Assembly (NCBI GenBank): GCA_965203175.1
Contig: OZ241867.1
Coordinates: forward strand, 1,152,001 to 1,216,000
Length of the DNA stretch: 64,000 nucleotides
Direction of reading: 5' to 3'
Source of the DNA: Candidatus Latescibacterota bacterium
Lineage (GTDB): Bacteria > Latescibacterota > UBA2968 > UBA8231
Made by a program: the position numbers and the translations under genes. Below, piece by piece: positions 9,092 through 19,182 of this stretch; position 1 is the stretch's first letter, and every line of letters begins with the position of its first letter. The notes under the pieces were generated by a model. That model had not been told where the DNA came from and searched no databases. It was given only the letters and a program-made list of their open reading frames with translations.

Positions 9092-12000
9092 ATGAAGACT
9101 TCCCGTAGAGTTTTGCTCTGGTCCGTCGCGGCAGGTCCGATCTTGTGGTTTTGGGCAGGACTGACTCTAAAACCGGTGCAAGCCCAAACGGCAGAAGGAT
9201 TCGATCAGCGGGGCAACGAACTCGTCGTGGACCGCCTAGCGCACTGGCAGACGTGGAAAATGCCCAACCACTTGGTGTGGCTGGACGGCAGTGGGACGGT
9301 ACAGGTCCGGGACTTTCGCACCGTCTACAATGTCCTAGACGATCAATCCTTCAGACGCCAAGTGGACATTAGCTCGGACAAAGCTCGAGTGATGAATCTG
9401 GACAGCACTCGATCCGTCGATGTGAAGGGCTTCTTCAAGGAGGACACCGCTGGCAATCCTGTTTTCGATTACTTCCTCCGTCCCGGCCCCAGCAGGGCCG
9501 GTTCGAACTTGGAACTAGCGCCCAATCTCGTCGATGGAGATCCAACGACGTTCTGGGAGCCAGATCTCAACGATTCCGTGGAAGACTGGTGGGTGGAAAT
9601 TTCGCTGGGGCGGACGATTCCAGTGGAGCGGATCCGTTTGCAGTACGTCGACGGGGAATTGGGCGACCCTTTCCGCCGTCTTCTCTTGTTCCTCGAAGAC
9701 GCCCAGTTCCCACTGGTGGATGAAGATGCGAATTTCCAGTTTGAGGTACTAGAGCCGCTTCCAGGTATCAACGAAGATCGACGGGAGATCGTCATCGACG
9801 CCGAGCAAACAAGCGGCCTGTTGTCCGCCGCTGGGAGTGGCTTGGTGGAGAAACGACTGGAGCAACCCAAGGCGAGTTTGAGTTGGAACGGGAAGCTCAT
9901 CGAGACGATTCGCTTTCAAGTGACTGACACTAAGGGAGACAGAGCCGAAGAGATCGCAGAGAGCGAGTATCTGGAGTTACCAGTCGAGGCGCGCGGCGAG
10001 ATCGAATACTTCTCAAAGACCGAGACAGGGCGGGGAGAGCCCGTGGATTCGACGACCTATTTCGAACTACCAGCGGACCGCCGCGGCGAGAGGCGTTTCT
10101 TCCGCCGCGAACTGCCTCGCCTGGCGGAAGTAGATGTGTGGGGCTGGGGCGACAATGTGGCCTTCAACATGATCGAGGGCGGAGGAAGGATCATCCAACA
10201 GCTCCCCAGCGGGGGAGGGGAGCAGGCCTTCGACGGAGTCTTGGCCAGTTTCTACCAGAACAACTATTGGCTGGAAGAGACCCCGACTGAGAATATGATG
10301 ATCGCCGACCTCGGCGGGACCGTGTGGGCCAAAGAGTTCCGGGTGCTGTCTCAGGGCTACTTCCAGTCGCCTTCGATACGGGGTTATCTACTCCGGGGCA
10401 GCGCGGGAGAACGCGATTCAGAGGGCCGACTGAAATTCACGCGAATCAGCTCCCAAGAACGCGAGATCAATTCCAGCGTGGGATTCTTCCTCGAATTGGC
10501 CGACGTACTGGAACCAGCCCAGCAGGTGCGGTTCTTCGAGTTTCGCGCCCTAGAAAACGATCCGGGCGGCACGGTCACGATCAGCCGGACTCCAGGGGTC
10601 GGCGAGTTCATGGTCTTTTCGGAAGGGCCTCCCGCAGAAGTGATCCTCACCTCCGGCCCGATGGCAGTGCCCGAGCAGTCCAATCTCGTCTCGATAAACT
10701 GGGAGGCAGAAACGCCTCCGGGGACGAGTGTCGAGCTGAGAACCCGGACGGGCAGCGAGGTCGAGCGCCAGATCAAGTACTACAACTCGGGCGGCGGCGA
10801 AGTCACGGCGAAAAAGCACAAAACGCTCGCCTTCTTTCTCAGAGGACCGATCGACACCGTCTTTGTTCCCACTGCTGACTGGAGCGAATGGAGCGAAGCC
10901 TATGTCCGGCCGGGGTCCGAAATCACTTCCCCGAGCCTGCGCCGCTTCGTCCAGATTGAGGCGCGCCTAAAGGCCGAGGCGGGAGCCGACCCGCCAGCCA
11001 TCAAGTCGGTGAGCATGGAGTACACCGATCCTTCGGTCGTTGGACTGGCCGGGGAAATCTGGCCTCAGGAGGTCATCCCAGGCAGGCGCGACACCTTTGC
11101 GGTGTTCGTCAGTGCCGCCGTCGTAGAGCGCCCCGACCCAAGCCCCGGGTTCGACGAACTGAGGCTGCGTTCGGAGCCGGCCCTAGATATGGAGTTAATT
11201 GACGTAGCCCTCGGCGCGGAAGGAGAATTCGCCGCGGGAGAGCCCCACCGGTTGTACGCCAGTCGCGTGGAGGAGGGACTAGCCGCAGCCGAAGGGGACC
11301 TACTGCGCGTTCTGAGCGGTCGGGGAGATTCCTTGCAAGTTCGGTTTCCCGAGGTCTTGGACCGGGTAGCAGGCAACGGAACCAACATATTCTACCGCCG
11401 CGTCGAGGAGGGCGAAGAGGTGCCGACGAGCGAGGGAGGGACTCTGCTGGACCAAGTAGCATACAGCAGGCTTCCAGAACAGCAACGGGGGGCGATCCGC
11501 TACTTCCAGAAGCTCGAGGGAGATGACGGAGATAGTCTGAAGGAGGTGGATGAACAAACCTTCGCCGATCTCGCGCCGGAGGCGAGAGGGCCGGTGCGAT
11601 TCTTCCGCAAGGCGACATCGTTGACGAGGGAGACCGCTTTCGACGAACGCGGCAACCGCCTCACGGCAGAGGCGTACGACAGTCTACCGAGAAATCGTCA
11701 GGGCACGGTGGTTGGCCATACGCGTCTAGTGCGCCTGCGGTTCGCGGCCGAGGTCTTCCTCCACGGAACCCGCTTGCAGCTAGCGGGGCGGAACGCCACT
11801 ATCGGGCTGCCGTTCCAGTTGGGCGGAGGAGGAGAGGTAACGTCCCTGACGCCGGGGAGCGGGCTGGTGCTGAGCGCACTTGGAGCCGGCGATCTAGTGC
11901 GGGATATGGAAATCCAGCCCAACCCGTTTACCCCGAACGGCGATGGAATTAACGATGTGGCAACCATCGGCTTTTCGCTGTTCCGCGTGTTCGAACCTCG

Positions 12001-12217
12001 CCCGGTGACCGTGCGGATAGCGACGCTGGCCGGCCGGGAAGTGAAGCGCATTGAGCAGAATATGCTCGGTGGACGCCGATTGGTGCAATGGGACGGGCGA
12101 GACGACGGAGGGACTCTCGTGCCACCGGGTCTGTACATTGTCCAGGTGCATGGACGAGCCGATCAGCAAGGACTTGCCAGCACCCGGCGCAGCCGAGTCG
12201 TCGGCGTCGTCTATTGA
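9092..12217 (+). CDS. Large secreted protein with a discoidin-like region and C-terminal FlgD-Ig / T9SS type-B-like domain
   Basis: Signal peptide (PVQA); NLVDGDPTTFWEP...WWVEISLG (discoidin-like); PNPFTPNGDGINDV...WDGRDDGG..VPPGLY...VVY. Confidence 0.75.
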   Translation: MKTSRRVLLWSVAAGPILWFWAGLTLKPVQAQTAEGFDQRGNELVVDRLAHWQTWKMPNHLVWLDGSGTVQVRDFRTVYNVLDDQSFRRQVDISSDKARVMNLDSTRSVDVKGFFKEDTAGNPVFDYFLRPGPSRAGSNLELAPNLVDGDPTTFWEPDLNDSVEDWWVEISLGRTIPVERIRLQYVDGELGDPFRRLLLFLEDAQFPLVDEDANFQFEVLEPLPGINEDRREIVIDAEQTSGLLSAAGSGLVEKRLEQPKASLSWNGKLIETIRFQVTDTKGDRAEEIAESEYLELPVEARGEIEYFSKTETGRGEPVDSTTYFELPADRRGERRFFRRELPRLAEVDVWGWGDNVAFNMIEGGGRIIQQLPSGGGEQAFDGVLASFYQNNYWLEETPTENMMIADLGGTVWAKEFRVLSQGYFQSPSIRGYLLRGSAGERDSEGRLKFTRISSQEREINSSVGFFLELADVLEPAQQVRFFEFRALENDPGGTVTISRTPGVGEFMVFSEGPPAEVILTSGPMAVPEQSNLVSINWEAETPPGTSVELRTRTGSEVERQIKYYNSGGGEVTAKKHKTLAFFLRGPIDTVFVPTADWSEWSEAYVRPGSEITSPSLRRFVQIEARLKAEAGADPPAIKSVSMEYTDPSVVGLAGEIWPQEVIPGRRDTFAVFVSAAVVERPDPSPGFDELRLRSEPALDMELIDVALGAEGEFAAGEPHRLYASRVEEGLAAAEGDLLRVLSGRGDSLQVRFPEVLDRVAGNGTNIFYRRVEEGEEVPTSEGGTLLDQVAYSRLPEQQRGAIRYFQKLEGDDGDSLKEVDEQTFADLAPEARGPVRFFRKATSLTRETAFDERGNRLTAEAYDSLPRNRQGTVVGHTRLVRLRFAAEVFLHGTRLQLAGRNATIGLPFQLGGGGEVTSLTPGSGLVLSALGAGDLVRDMEIQPNPFTPNGDGINDVATIGFSLFRVFEPRPVTVRIATLAGREVKRIEQNMLGGRRLVQWDGRDDGGTLVPPGLYIVQVHGRADQQGLASTRRSRVVGVVY

Positions 12218-12270
12218 ACTCGAGCTTCAATGACAGTCGACGCCAGCGGACAACTCAAGGGAGGGTACTT

Positions 12271-14937
12271 GTGAGAAGCGGATATCTAGCCGCTTGGGCC
12301 GTATTGAGCGCGCTTGTTTTCCAGATTGGCAGCAGCGCCGCCCGGGAGGACTACGGTGCGCGCATCGGGGAGTCGCTCGGAGCGCCTTTACCGGGGCGGA
12401 CCCAGGGCCCGATCGTCTTAGTCAACGCCGTAGATCCGGCCCTCCGGCGCTGGTATGTCAACCAAGAGTTGTTCCACGAGTACCAATGGCAGCAGTGGGA
12501 ATACACCAACTACGCCAGATCCTTGTACAAGCGCTACGTAGATATCCGTCTCGAGGGAGATTCCTTTTACGACATCTATGGGAATTTCGTGACGCGTGGC
12601 TTTCTCATATACAACAATGCCCAAGACCGGCCGGCCCAGTTCGGCAATACGCTATTCAAGTCGAACCGCTTCGACCAGTGGTTCTCAAACGTCGTCATCG
12701 CCCAAGACAAAAAGGGGCAGTACGGTTATTCGCTGACGGTCAGCAGCGAGCTTAATACGACCCTCACACCGCTGACCTTCCGCAAACCGACGTTCGATGG
12801 GGTGCAATTCGACATTGCCACGGATCGAGTCGAGGGCACGGTCTTGTACTCGCGCATTAGCAACCCCGGCGGTGAATCCACAGCCGACCTAGAACTACAG
12901 CGCACGAACAATACCATCTTGGTCGGCGGACGCCTGCAAGGCCAACTGACGGACTCCGCCATACTGGGGTTTACCATGATCAATGCCCACCAGTCGAACA
13001 CCCTGAACGACGAGTTGGCGGGCAATCCGTTCAAGGGCGGACTGACGATCGATCAGAACCAGACGATCGATTTTGTCGAGGTGGTGTTGCGCGACGATTC
13101 CCCAGAGGATGGGGTGGGCGGAGCCGCATTTTTTGAATCTGGATCCGACGTGGTCATCACCTATAAGGACGGAACCGTAGATCGAGGGACGGATATCGGC
13201 TTTGGCCCGGCGATCTCCGGCGGGTTTCAGCGCGCTGGGTTCCTAGCCGCAGATGGGACCGAGGAGATCCGACTGAAATACGATTTCGACAATCCTCGTT
13301 TCACGGCGAACGCGAAAGCCCCAAAGGACTCGGTCATGCAGGTGGAGTTCGAGTTGGTGGTGGGCAATGACTACCAGATTTGGGCTACCTCGAACAGACA
13401 GATCAATCGGCAAGGCCAGACCGTGCTGCTGCTGATGGAGCGGGCGGCGGGAAACGTCCAGGATGTGTCGAATATCCGCACCGTGGGCTTTGCATACGGC
13501 CTGCCGACAGCCACGCATATCATGGGCGCAACCTTCGAGTTGCTCGATGTGCGCGGCTTCAACTTCTACGGCGAGGCCGACCTCAATTGGAACTATCGTA
13601 AATTCCCCAACCGGAACCTAGAGAGGCACAGCACGAGTTCGGGACTTGCAGGGAAGCCGTACCGGCCCGCTTGGTTCATCAATGCTTGGAAGCGGGCCGG
13701 TCCTGTCTCCCTGTTCGCGGAAGCCTTCGGGATGGACCCGCACTACAACACCACGACATTTGTGACCGCCGGCAATGGCCAAATTGACTACGAGAGTCCG
13801 CGCCGTGGGCTAGTGGAATTCGTCGATGACAACGACGATCACGACCGATTCCCCGATAATGTGCGCTTCGACTTCCTGCCCGGCGATGACCGCGTCTTTC
13901 CCGGCTGGGACCAGAACAACGACTTCATCCCCGATTTCAACCAGAACGACAACGCAGTCCGCGCCAATCGCCGGCCCGATTACGACGAACCATTCCTGCG
14001 CTTTGACGTCGATAGGCCGGAATTCCTATTCGGTGTTGACATGAACAACAATTTCTGGGTGGACCAGTTCGAAAACGACACTGAGCCGGACTATCCTTAC
14101 CGCAAGGACCACAGAGGGTTCAACGTATACGCCGCGTATGATTTGACGCCCGGACTGCAGATAGCTGGGGGCGCGATGCGCGAGCACCTGATATCGTCGG
14201 ACCATAAGAATGAGCAATACTACGCGCTCGTGAAAATGGACGGCAGCTCGGCGCGCTGGGGTGATTTTAAACTGTTCGAGATGTCGAAGCGCGTCGAGGA
14301 CGACATCCCGGATCGCCTGCTTCAATGGCTGCCCAGCCAGTCCATCGATGGGGGCACATTGACGCAGGTGGAGGATCCCATGCTTGCGCGCGACACGTGG
14401 GTGAATCACTTCTTCGCCGGGCACAAGGTCCGCATCGGCCGGACGAAAGTCGAGACGCGGGTGAATTACACGCTGTTTCACCAGCTCATGGACGAGCGCA
14501 CGCGCAAAGAATTCGACCTGCGCAAAAGCGACTTCTTCTTTGGAGCGATCAATAAAATCAGGTACCGCCGTCAAATAGGCGCTTTGACCGTCGAGCCACG
14601 CTGGAAAAGCGAGTTTCTCAAACAGACGCGCGGCTTGTTTGGCGAGGAGCAGCGCGAACAGCTAAGAGAGTTGTTCAGCGTCATTGTGGAAATGGGTTTC
14701 CTCACCGATAGTACGCTGCAAGGGGGCATAGAGTACCTCTGGAACGAGGATTTTGCGAAGGATGCCAACGACTTCAGGTCTGTGTCGCTGGGGCTGCAGT
14801 TGACCAACCGCTCCACGTACCTGGGGTATAAAATCGTGGCCTTGGCCGGGACGCGGTTGCGGACTAGGGACTTCGAATTCTCAGACGCCGTCACGACCAA
14901 TACGACTTTCGTAAGCGTGTTCGCAGGTCTTCACTAG
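12271..14937 (+). CDS. Conserved hypothetical ~890-aa exported protein, putative outer-membrane beta-barrel (paralog 1)
   Basis: GTG start at 12271 after GGAGG; signal peptide; Asp/Asn-rich loops; amphipathic beta-strands in the C-terminal third ending VSVFAGLH; clearly paralogous to 21347-24034. Confidence 0.65.
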   Translation: MRSGYLAAWAVLSALVFQIGSSAAREDYGARIGESLGAPLPGRTQGPIVLVNAVDPALRRWYVNQELFHEYQWQQWEYTNYARSLYKRYVDIRLEGDSFYDIYGNFVTRGFLIYNNAQDRPAQFGNTLFKSNRFDQWFSNVVIAQDKKGQYGYSLTVSSELNTTLTPLTFRKPTFDGVQFDIATDRVEGTVLYSRISNPGGESTADLELQRTNNTILVGGRLQGQLTDSAILGFTMINAHQSNTLNDELAGNPFKGGLTIDQNQTIDFVEVVLRDDSPEDGVGGAAFFESGSDVVITYKDGTVDRGTDIGFGPAISGGFQRAGFLAADGTEEIRLKYDFDNPRFTANAKAPKDSVMQVEFELVVGNDYQIWATSNRQINRQGQTVLLLMERAAGNVQDVSNIRTVGFAYGLPTATHIMGATFELLDVRGFNFYGEADLNWNYRKFPNRNLERHSTSSGLAGKPYRPAWFINAWKRAGPVSLFAEAFGMDPHYNTTTFVTAGNGQIDYESPRRGLVEFVDDNDDHDRFPDNVRFDFLPGDDRVFPGWDQNNDFIPDFNQNDNAVRANRRPDYDEPFLRFDVDRPEFLFGVDMNNNFWVDQFENDTEPDYPYRKDHRGFNVYAAYDLTPGLQIAGGAMREHLISSDHKNEQYYALVKMDGSSARWGDFKLFEMSKRVEDDIPDRLLQWLPSQSIDGGTLTQVEDPMLARDTWVNHFFAGHKVRIGRTKVETRVNYTLFHQLMDERTRKEFDLRKSDFFFGAINKIRYRRQIGALTVEPRWKSEFLKQTRGLFGEEQREQLRELFSVIVEMGFLTDSTLQGGIEYLWNEDFAKDANDFRSVSLGLQLTNRSTYLGYKIVALAGTRLRTRDFEFSDAVTTNTTFVSVFAGLH

Positions 14938-14984
14938 ATGGGCATTGGAAAGCAAAAGAATGCGTTTGGATCGCGTAAGAGGGA

Positions 14985-16952
14985 TTGGCGATGAAGGGCG
15001 CGAATGCTTGGGAGTGGGGAGGCCTGTTGGCGGCCGGTATTGCCGTGCGGCTCGCGCACCTGGGGCAGTGGGAGCAGAGCGCTCTGGGGGAAGTGGTAGT
15101 AGGAGATGCAGCGCACTATGTGGGAGGGATGGGAGATGGAGGGTGGTACTCGCCACTTTATGCGACGCTGTGCGCGGTCGCGATGCAGGAGGAGATAGGC
15201 CTGTGGGTACTGCGCGTGATCCAGGTCGGGATAGGAGGGCTCGCCTGCGTGCTGGTGTGGTCAATCGGCAGACAGCTATTCTCGCCAGCGGTGGGCCGAG
15301 GGGCGGGTATTGCGGCCGTGCTGTACGGTCCGGCGATCTACTACGGGGGCGAGATTACGCCGGCGGTATTGGCCGCTTTCTTGGGCCTGTTGCTCCTGCG
15401 GGGATTGGTGGAGTCGGCTGGTATGGGACCATTGCGGGCTGGGGTTATGGGAGTGCTGGGCGGCGTGGCCTCAGTGGTCGATTTCCGGGCACTATTCGCC
15501 GTCGTCGTGGCTTTGGTATGGGTGGCGAAGGGAGACGGAGGGCGGAGAGTGGGGTGGTGGTTTTTCGCGGGAGCAGCTTTGGTACTGGTTCCGGGAGGGA
15601 TGGTATGGGGCTGGGAGGGATTAGTACCCTCGGTCCGTGGCTTAGGACTGGAGGAAATGGCAACGCGGGCGTATTTGTTTTGGCATGGTGCCGAGGTCTT
15701 GGGCGATATAGACCCCTATCGCGCTGCTGCGCCTTCGTGGATCTTGGCTCCCCTCATGTGGCGATCCTTGTTGGGGTTCCCCTTCGGACTGGTAGGACCT
15801 CTGGCTCTAATGGGATTTCTCGTCGCAGTCCGCGGGGAGGGAAGAGATCGGATTCGCGCACTGCCCCTGTTGTTCGCCGGCGCTTGGATGCTGGGATCGG
15901 TGTTGGAAGAGGCGTCCGGTCGCTCGCGACTGAGTGCGGCCTTGGTCTTGCTTCCCGGCGCATTGGCGGCGATTCCTCTGTTGCTGGAAAAAAGACAGAG
16001 AGTTCGGGCCGTCGCCTTGGCCCTGGTTCTACTGGTGGCGAATCTCCCTCTTGCAGCCGCAGCCGGGGCTCGGAGTTCACACGACACGTGGGAGGGTTAC
16101 GCCTACCGGGAGTTGGGCATGGAAGCCAATTCCATTGCCGCATACGAGCGGGCCATCGAGGCCGAAGATGCTGGAATTCGACCGTACGCAGAACTGGCGA
16201 AAATCTACTTCGATACCGGAGCGTACGAACACGCGGCGGAAATCTACCGCTCGCTGGTGCAGCGGCATGCGGTCGACAGGGACATCTGGGTCGCGCTGGC
16301 GGAGTCTTACTTAAGGGCAGGTCGGGCGGAGGAGGCTGCGGCGATTTACGCCGATCTGGTGGCGCAAGAGAGCGAGCCCTCTCTCGCGGGGAGACTAGGC
16401 GACGCCCGTGCGGCCCAAGGGGCTTTCGACGACGCCATTGCAGCCTACCAAACGGTCGTGGCGGCTTGGCCCGACAGCCATCGAGTGCGCTTCCAGTTGG
16501 CCCGCACTTGGGAGCAGCAGACCGCGCTGGACTCCGCCGCCGTCCACTACGGAATCATCGTCGGGCTAGCGGAGTGGGAGGGCCTTGTGGGGTGGCGTCT
16601 GGCGCAAGTGTTGGGCCGCATGGGAAAAGATAACTTGGGGCGCATCGAGAGGCTGTTGCGCGACGTGTTGGCAGATTACCCCGATTCGGCCCCGGCTCTA
16701 TTGTGTATGGCAGGTATGCTGCACAGAACTGGCAGCAACGAAGAAGCCCTTATGCACTTGCAGAAGGTAGCGGCAATGCATCTAGACGAGTACCGCGCCT
16801 ACGGATTGATGGAAAGCGTTTACCGAGCCATGGGACAACCTGAAGAAGCGGCTCAAGCCGCCGAACTATACCGGGAGAAGCGGTCGCGACAGCGGGCCGA
16901 CCGCCGGGTCTTGGGAGCTCTGGAAGCACTGCTCCAAGGGGCCACCCAGTAG
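14985..16952 (+). CDS. GT-C (ArnT/PMT-like) membrane glycosyltransferase-like domain fused to C-terminal TPRs
   Basis: About 10 hydrophobic helices, with GDAAHY, SPLY, RVIQ and LYGPAIYY as in PMT_2/GT39-like proteins, followed by TPR helices. Confidence 0.65.
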   Translation: MAMKGANAWEWGGLLAAGIAVRLAHLGQWEQSALGEVVVGDAAHYVGGMGDGGWYSPLYATLCAVAMQEEIGLWVLRVIQVGIGGLACVLVWSIGRQLFSPAVGRGAGIAAVLYGPAIYYGGEITPAVLAAFLGLLLLRGLVESAGMGPLRAGVMGVLGGVASVVDFRALFAVVVALVWVAKGDGGRRVGWWFFAGAALVLVPGGMVWGWEGLVPSVRGLGLEEMATRAYLFWHGAEVLGDIDPYRAAAPSWILAPLMWRSLLGFPFGLVGPLALMGFLVAVRGEGRDRIRALPLLFAGAWMLGSVLEEASGRSRLSAALVLLPGALAAIPLLLEKRQRVRAVALALVLLVANLPLAAAAGARSSHDTWEGYAYRELGMEANSIAAYERAIEAEDAGIRPYAELAKIYFDTGAYEHAAEIYRSLVQRHAVDRDIWVALAESYLRAGRAEEAAAIYADLVAQESEPSLAGRLGDARAAQGAFDDAIAAYQTVVAAWPDSHRVRFQLARTWEQQTALDSAAVHYGIIVGLAEWEGLVGWRLAQVLGRMGKDNLGRIERLLRDVLADYPDSAPALLCMAGMLHRTGSNEEALMHLQKVAAMHLDEYRAYGLMESVYRAMGQPEEAAQAAELYREKRSRQRADRRVLGALEALLQGATQ

Positions 16953-17059
16953 ACGGGGGGTGAGAGAATATGACCCTGTTCAAATATGCCGCGCGAATTT
17001 CCACAAGTGCTCAATTGGGGAGTTGCCCGTCGCCAGCATTGGAGACGCAAGGCACGGGA

Positions 17060-19147
17060 ATGAGACGGCAGGCACAGTGGGTCTTTTCGGCGCTTGTAGC
17101 AGTGGGGCTGGTGCTGGGCGGGCAGGAGGCGCTCCATGCAGCCGAGAGGCTAACGCTCGGCAAAGGAGGAGAAATCGACTGGCTAGAGGGAGCGTTGAGC
17201 GGAGCGGACGTGGAGACGATCCTCCCCGAGCACCGCACGCTTCTCGACCCCAATGTCACCGAGGTAGGGATCGCCCCGTCGAACCTGATCGAATTTGCGA
17301 ACGAGGATCACCCCGAGGCCATTCTGCCTCGGCAGGTCAGAGAAGGCACCAACGTCGCCAGCCAAGTCTTCGATTTCGGAGGTTCGATTACTGCGCCCTC
17401 GGTAGCGGACATCGAGGGAGAGGAAAAGAGGAAGATCCTTGAGAGTCTCATCACTGAGGACCCAACCGGGCTGGCTTTGGCGCGCAAGGACAACAACGCC
17501 CTCGGAACCATCGTCAACATAGATCTCGGGACCCGCATAGGGGTCCGCAGCATACGCTTCTTTCCTCGCAACACGGTGTTTCCCAACCCTACCGCGCCGT
17601 TCCAGGCGGATTTTCTCCGGAAATTCAGGATCCGGGTAAACGATGGCCTCAATCTGACCGACGCCGGTAATCCAATCTGGGAAGAATTTCTGGTCGAGAA
17701 CGATAACGTGGACCCAGTGACCACAATTCCACTGGAGCCGCCCCGTCTGCTGCGGTTCGTGCGGCTAGAAGCGATTTCGGGCATCTCCTTCGAGTTAGAG
17801 AAAGTACAGATCTTCGGAGAGGGATTCCTCCCCGCCGCCAGATATGTCTCGCCCATCATCGACATGAAGGCCGGCACCAATTGGGGGCGACTCCGCTGGG
17901 ATCAGGTCGCAATCGGCGATGAAGAGGCTGCGAGAGTGGAGATACGCACCCGAACCGGCAGCGATATCACGCCCTTTGTATATACCCGCAAACAGGTCGG
18001 CAGAAGGGACGCCGAGGAAATCGCGACCTCCCTCGCCAATTCTCTCGAACCGCTGACGCGGAAGGAGTACGTGAAGCTGCCGATTCGGGGCGTTGTGGGA
18101 AAGGACGAATTCGAACGCGGATCTGTGCGCGACGATGTCGAAAACTGGAGCCCGTGGTCGGCGCCGTACGACCCTGTGGCGGGCACGGGTGAGGACGGAA
18201 CGGAGATCACTTCGCCAGGTCCGCGACAGTACGTCCAAATCCGCGCGGACTTCATCAGCGAGGACCTGAACTCCGCGGTAGCACTGGAGAACCTGTCCTT
18301 CACCTTCACCTCGCCCCCACTGGCTAGGGAAGTGGTAGGCGAAGTATTCCCCCGCGAGGTGGCGGGAGCAACGGACGTGCCTTTTGTCTTTGCCGTGCGC
18401 ACGGAAATGGAGGCCGGGCTGCAGGGATTCGACGCCATCGAGGTGCGGTCGGACCAGCCGATCAGGAGCGTGCAGGGAATCGAGATCCTTGACGGCGACC
18501 AGAACCGCATTCTCGAGCGGAATTTCGCAGTCCAAGGTGCGCCGACAGAAGAGGAGGACGCAGCCATACAAGAGTTGGATGAGAGGCGATTCGTGGTGCG
18601 CTTTCCCCAAGTGCGCGAGAGCGGTACCGTCGTCATGGTGCGATTCGTGGGCAGGATGCTCTCTTTCAGCAACACGTTCAAGGGACGGGTGTTGCTAATT
18701 GAAGAGGAAGCGTTTCAGGATGTGCTTTCGGGCAACGCGGCCTATCTGGGCGCTGACGACGCGCCAGGGCGTTCCGGTGTCACTGTGCTGAGTCCACAAC
18801 TGACCACGGGGCGGCTGGTGCGAAATCTCAAGGTCGATCCCGTGGTCAGCCCAAACGGGGATGGAATCCGCGATCGGGCGTCAATCAGTTTTGAAGTAGT
18901 GACTATCGTGGGCCAAGCCGGGATCAATGCGGCCGTATTCGACCTGTCGGGCCAGCGCATAAGACAGCTTATAGCTCGTCCGGGAATGAACGGCCTGTAC
19001 GATTCGCAGCGCTTCGGCGACTTGGCCTGGGATGGCCGGGACGAGTTGGGGCAGCTAGTAGCACCCGGCATGTACGTGGTCCGCGTCGAAGTCCAGGCCG
19101 ATGCGCGCCGCACCGGCGCTGCGCGAGTGATTGGAGTCGTATATTGA
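17060..19147 (+). CDS. Secreted protein with C-terminal FlgD-Ig / T9SS type-B-like domain (paralog 2)
   Basis: Signal peptide from ATG 17060 (ALHA); IRFFPR, RTRTG, WSPWS, SPGPRQYVQ, GFDAIEV, SPNGDGIRD, WDGRD, VVY end. Confidence 0.75.
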   Translation: MRRQAQWVFSALVAVGLVLGGQEALHAAERLTLGKGGEIDWLEGALSGADVETILPEHRTLLDPNVTEVGIAPSNLIEFANEDHPEAILPRQVREGTNVASQVFDFGGSITAPSVADIEGEEKRKILESLITEDPTGLALARKDNNALGTIVNIDLGTRIGVRSIRFFPRNTVFPNPTAPFQADFLRKFRIRVNDGLNLTDAGNPIWEEFLVENDNVDPVTTIPLEPPRLLRFVRLEAISGISFELEKVQIFGEGFLPAARYVSPIIDMKAGTNWGRLRWDQVAIGDEEAARVEIRTRTGSDITPFVYTRKQVGRRDAEEIATSLANSLEPLTRKEYVKLPIRGVVGKDEFERGSVRDDVENWSPWSAPYDPVAGTGEDGTEITSPGPRQYVQIRADFISEDLNSAVALENLSFTFTSPPLAREVVGEVFPREVAGATDVPFVFAVRTEMEAGLQGFDAIEVRSDQPIRSVQGIEILDGDQNRILERNFAVQGAPTEEEDAAIQELDERRFVVRFPQVRESGTVVMVRFVGRMLSFSNTFKGRVLLIEEEAFQDVLSGNAAYLGADDAPGRSGVTVLSPQLTTGRLVRNLKVDPVVSPNGDGIRDRASISFEVVTIVGQAGINAAVFDLSGQRIRQLIARPGMNGLYDSQRFGDLAWDGRDELGQLVAPGMYVVRVEVQADARRTGAARVIGVVY

Positions 19148-19182
19148 CCAGCGCGCCGCAAAGCCGGCGCAAGGAGTTGGGC

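Noticed and set aside
14945-16633. 562-aa alternative-frame ORF overlapping the GT-C/TPR gene
   Set aside because: Low-complexity Arg/Gly-rich translation produced by the G-rich, stop-poor sequence. The 14985 frame carries the recognisable TM and TPR features.
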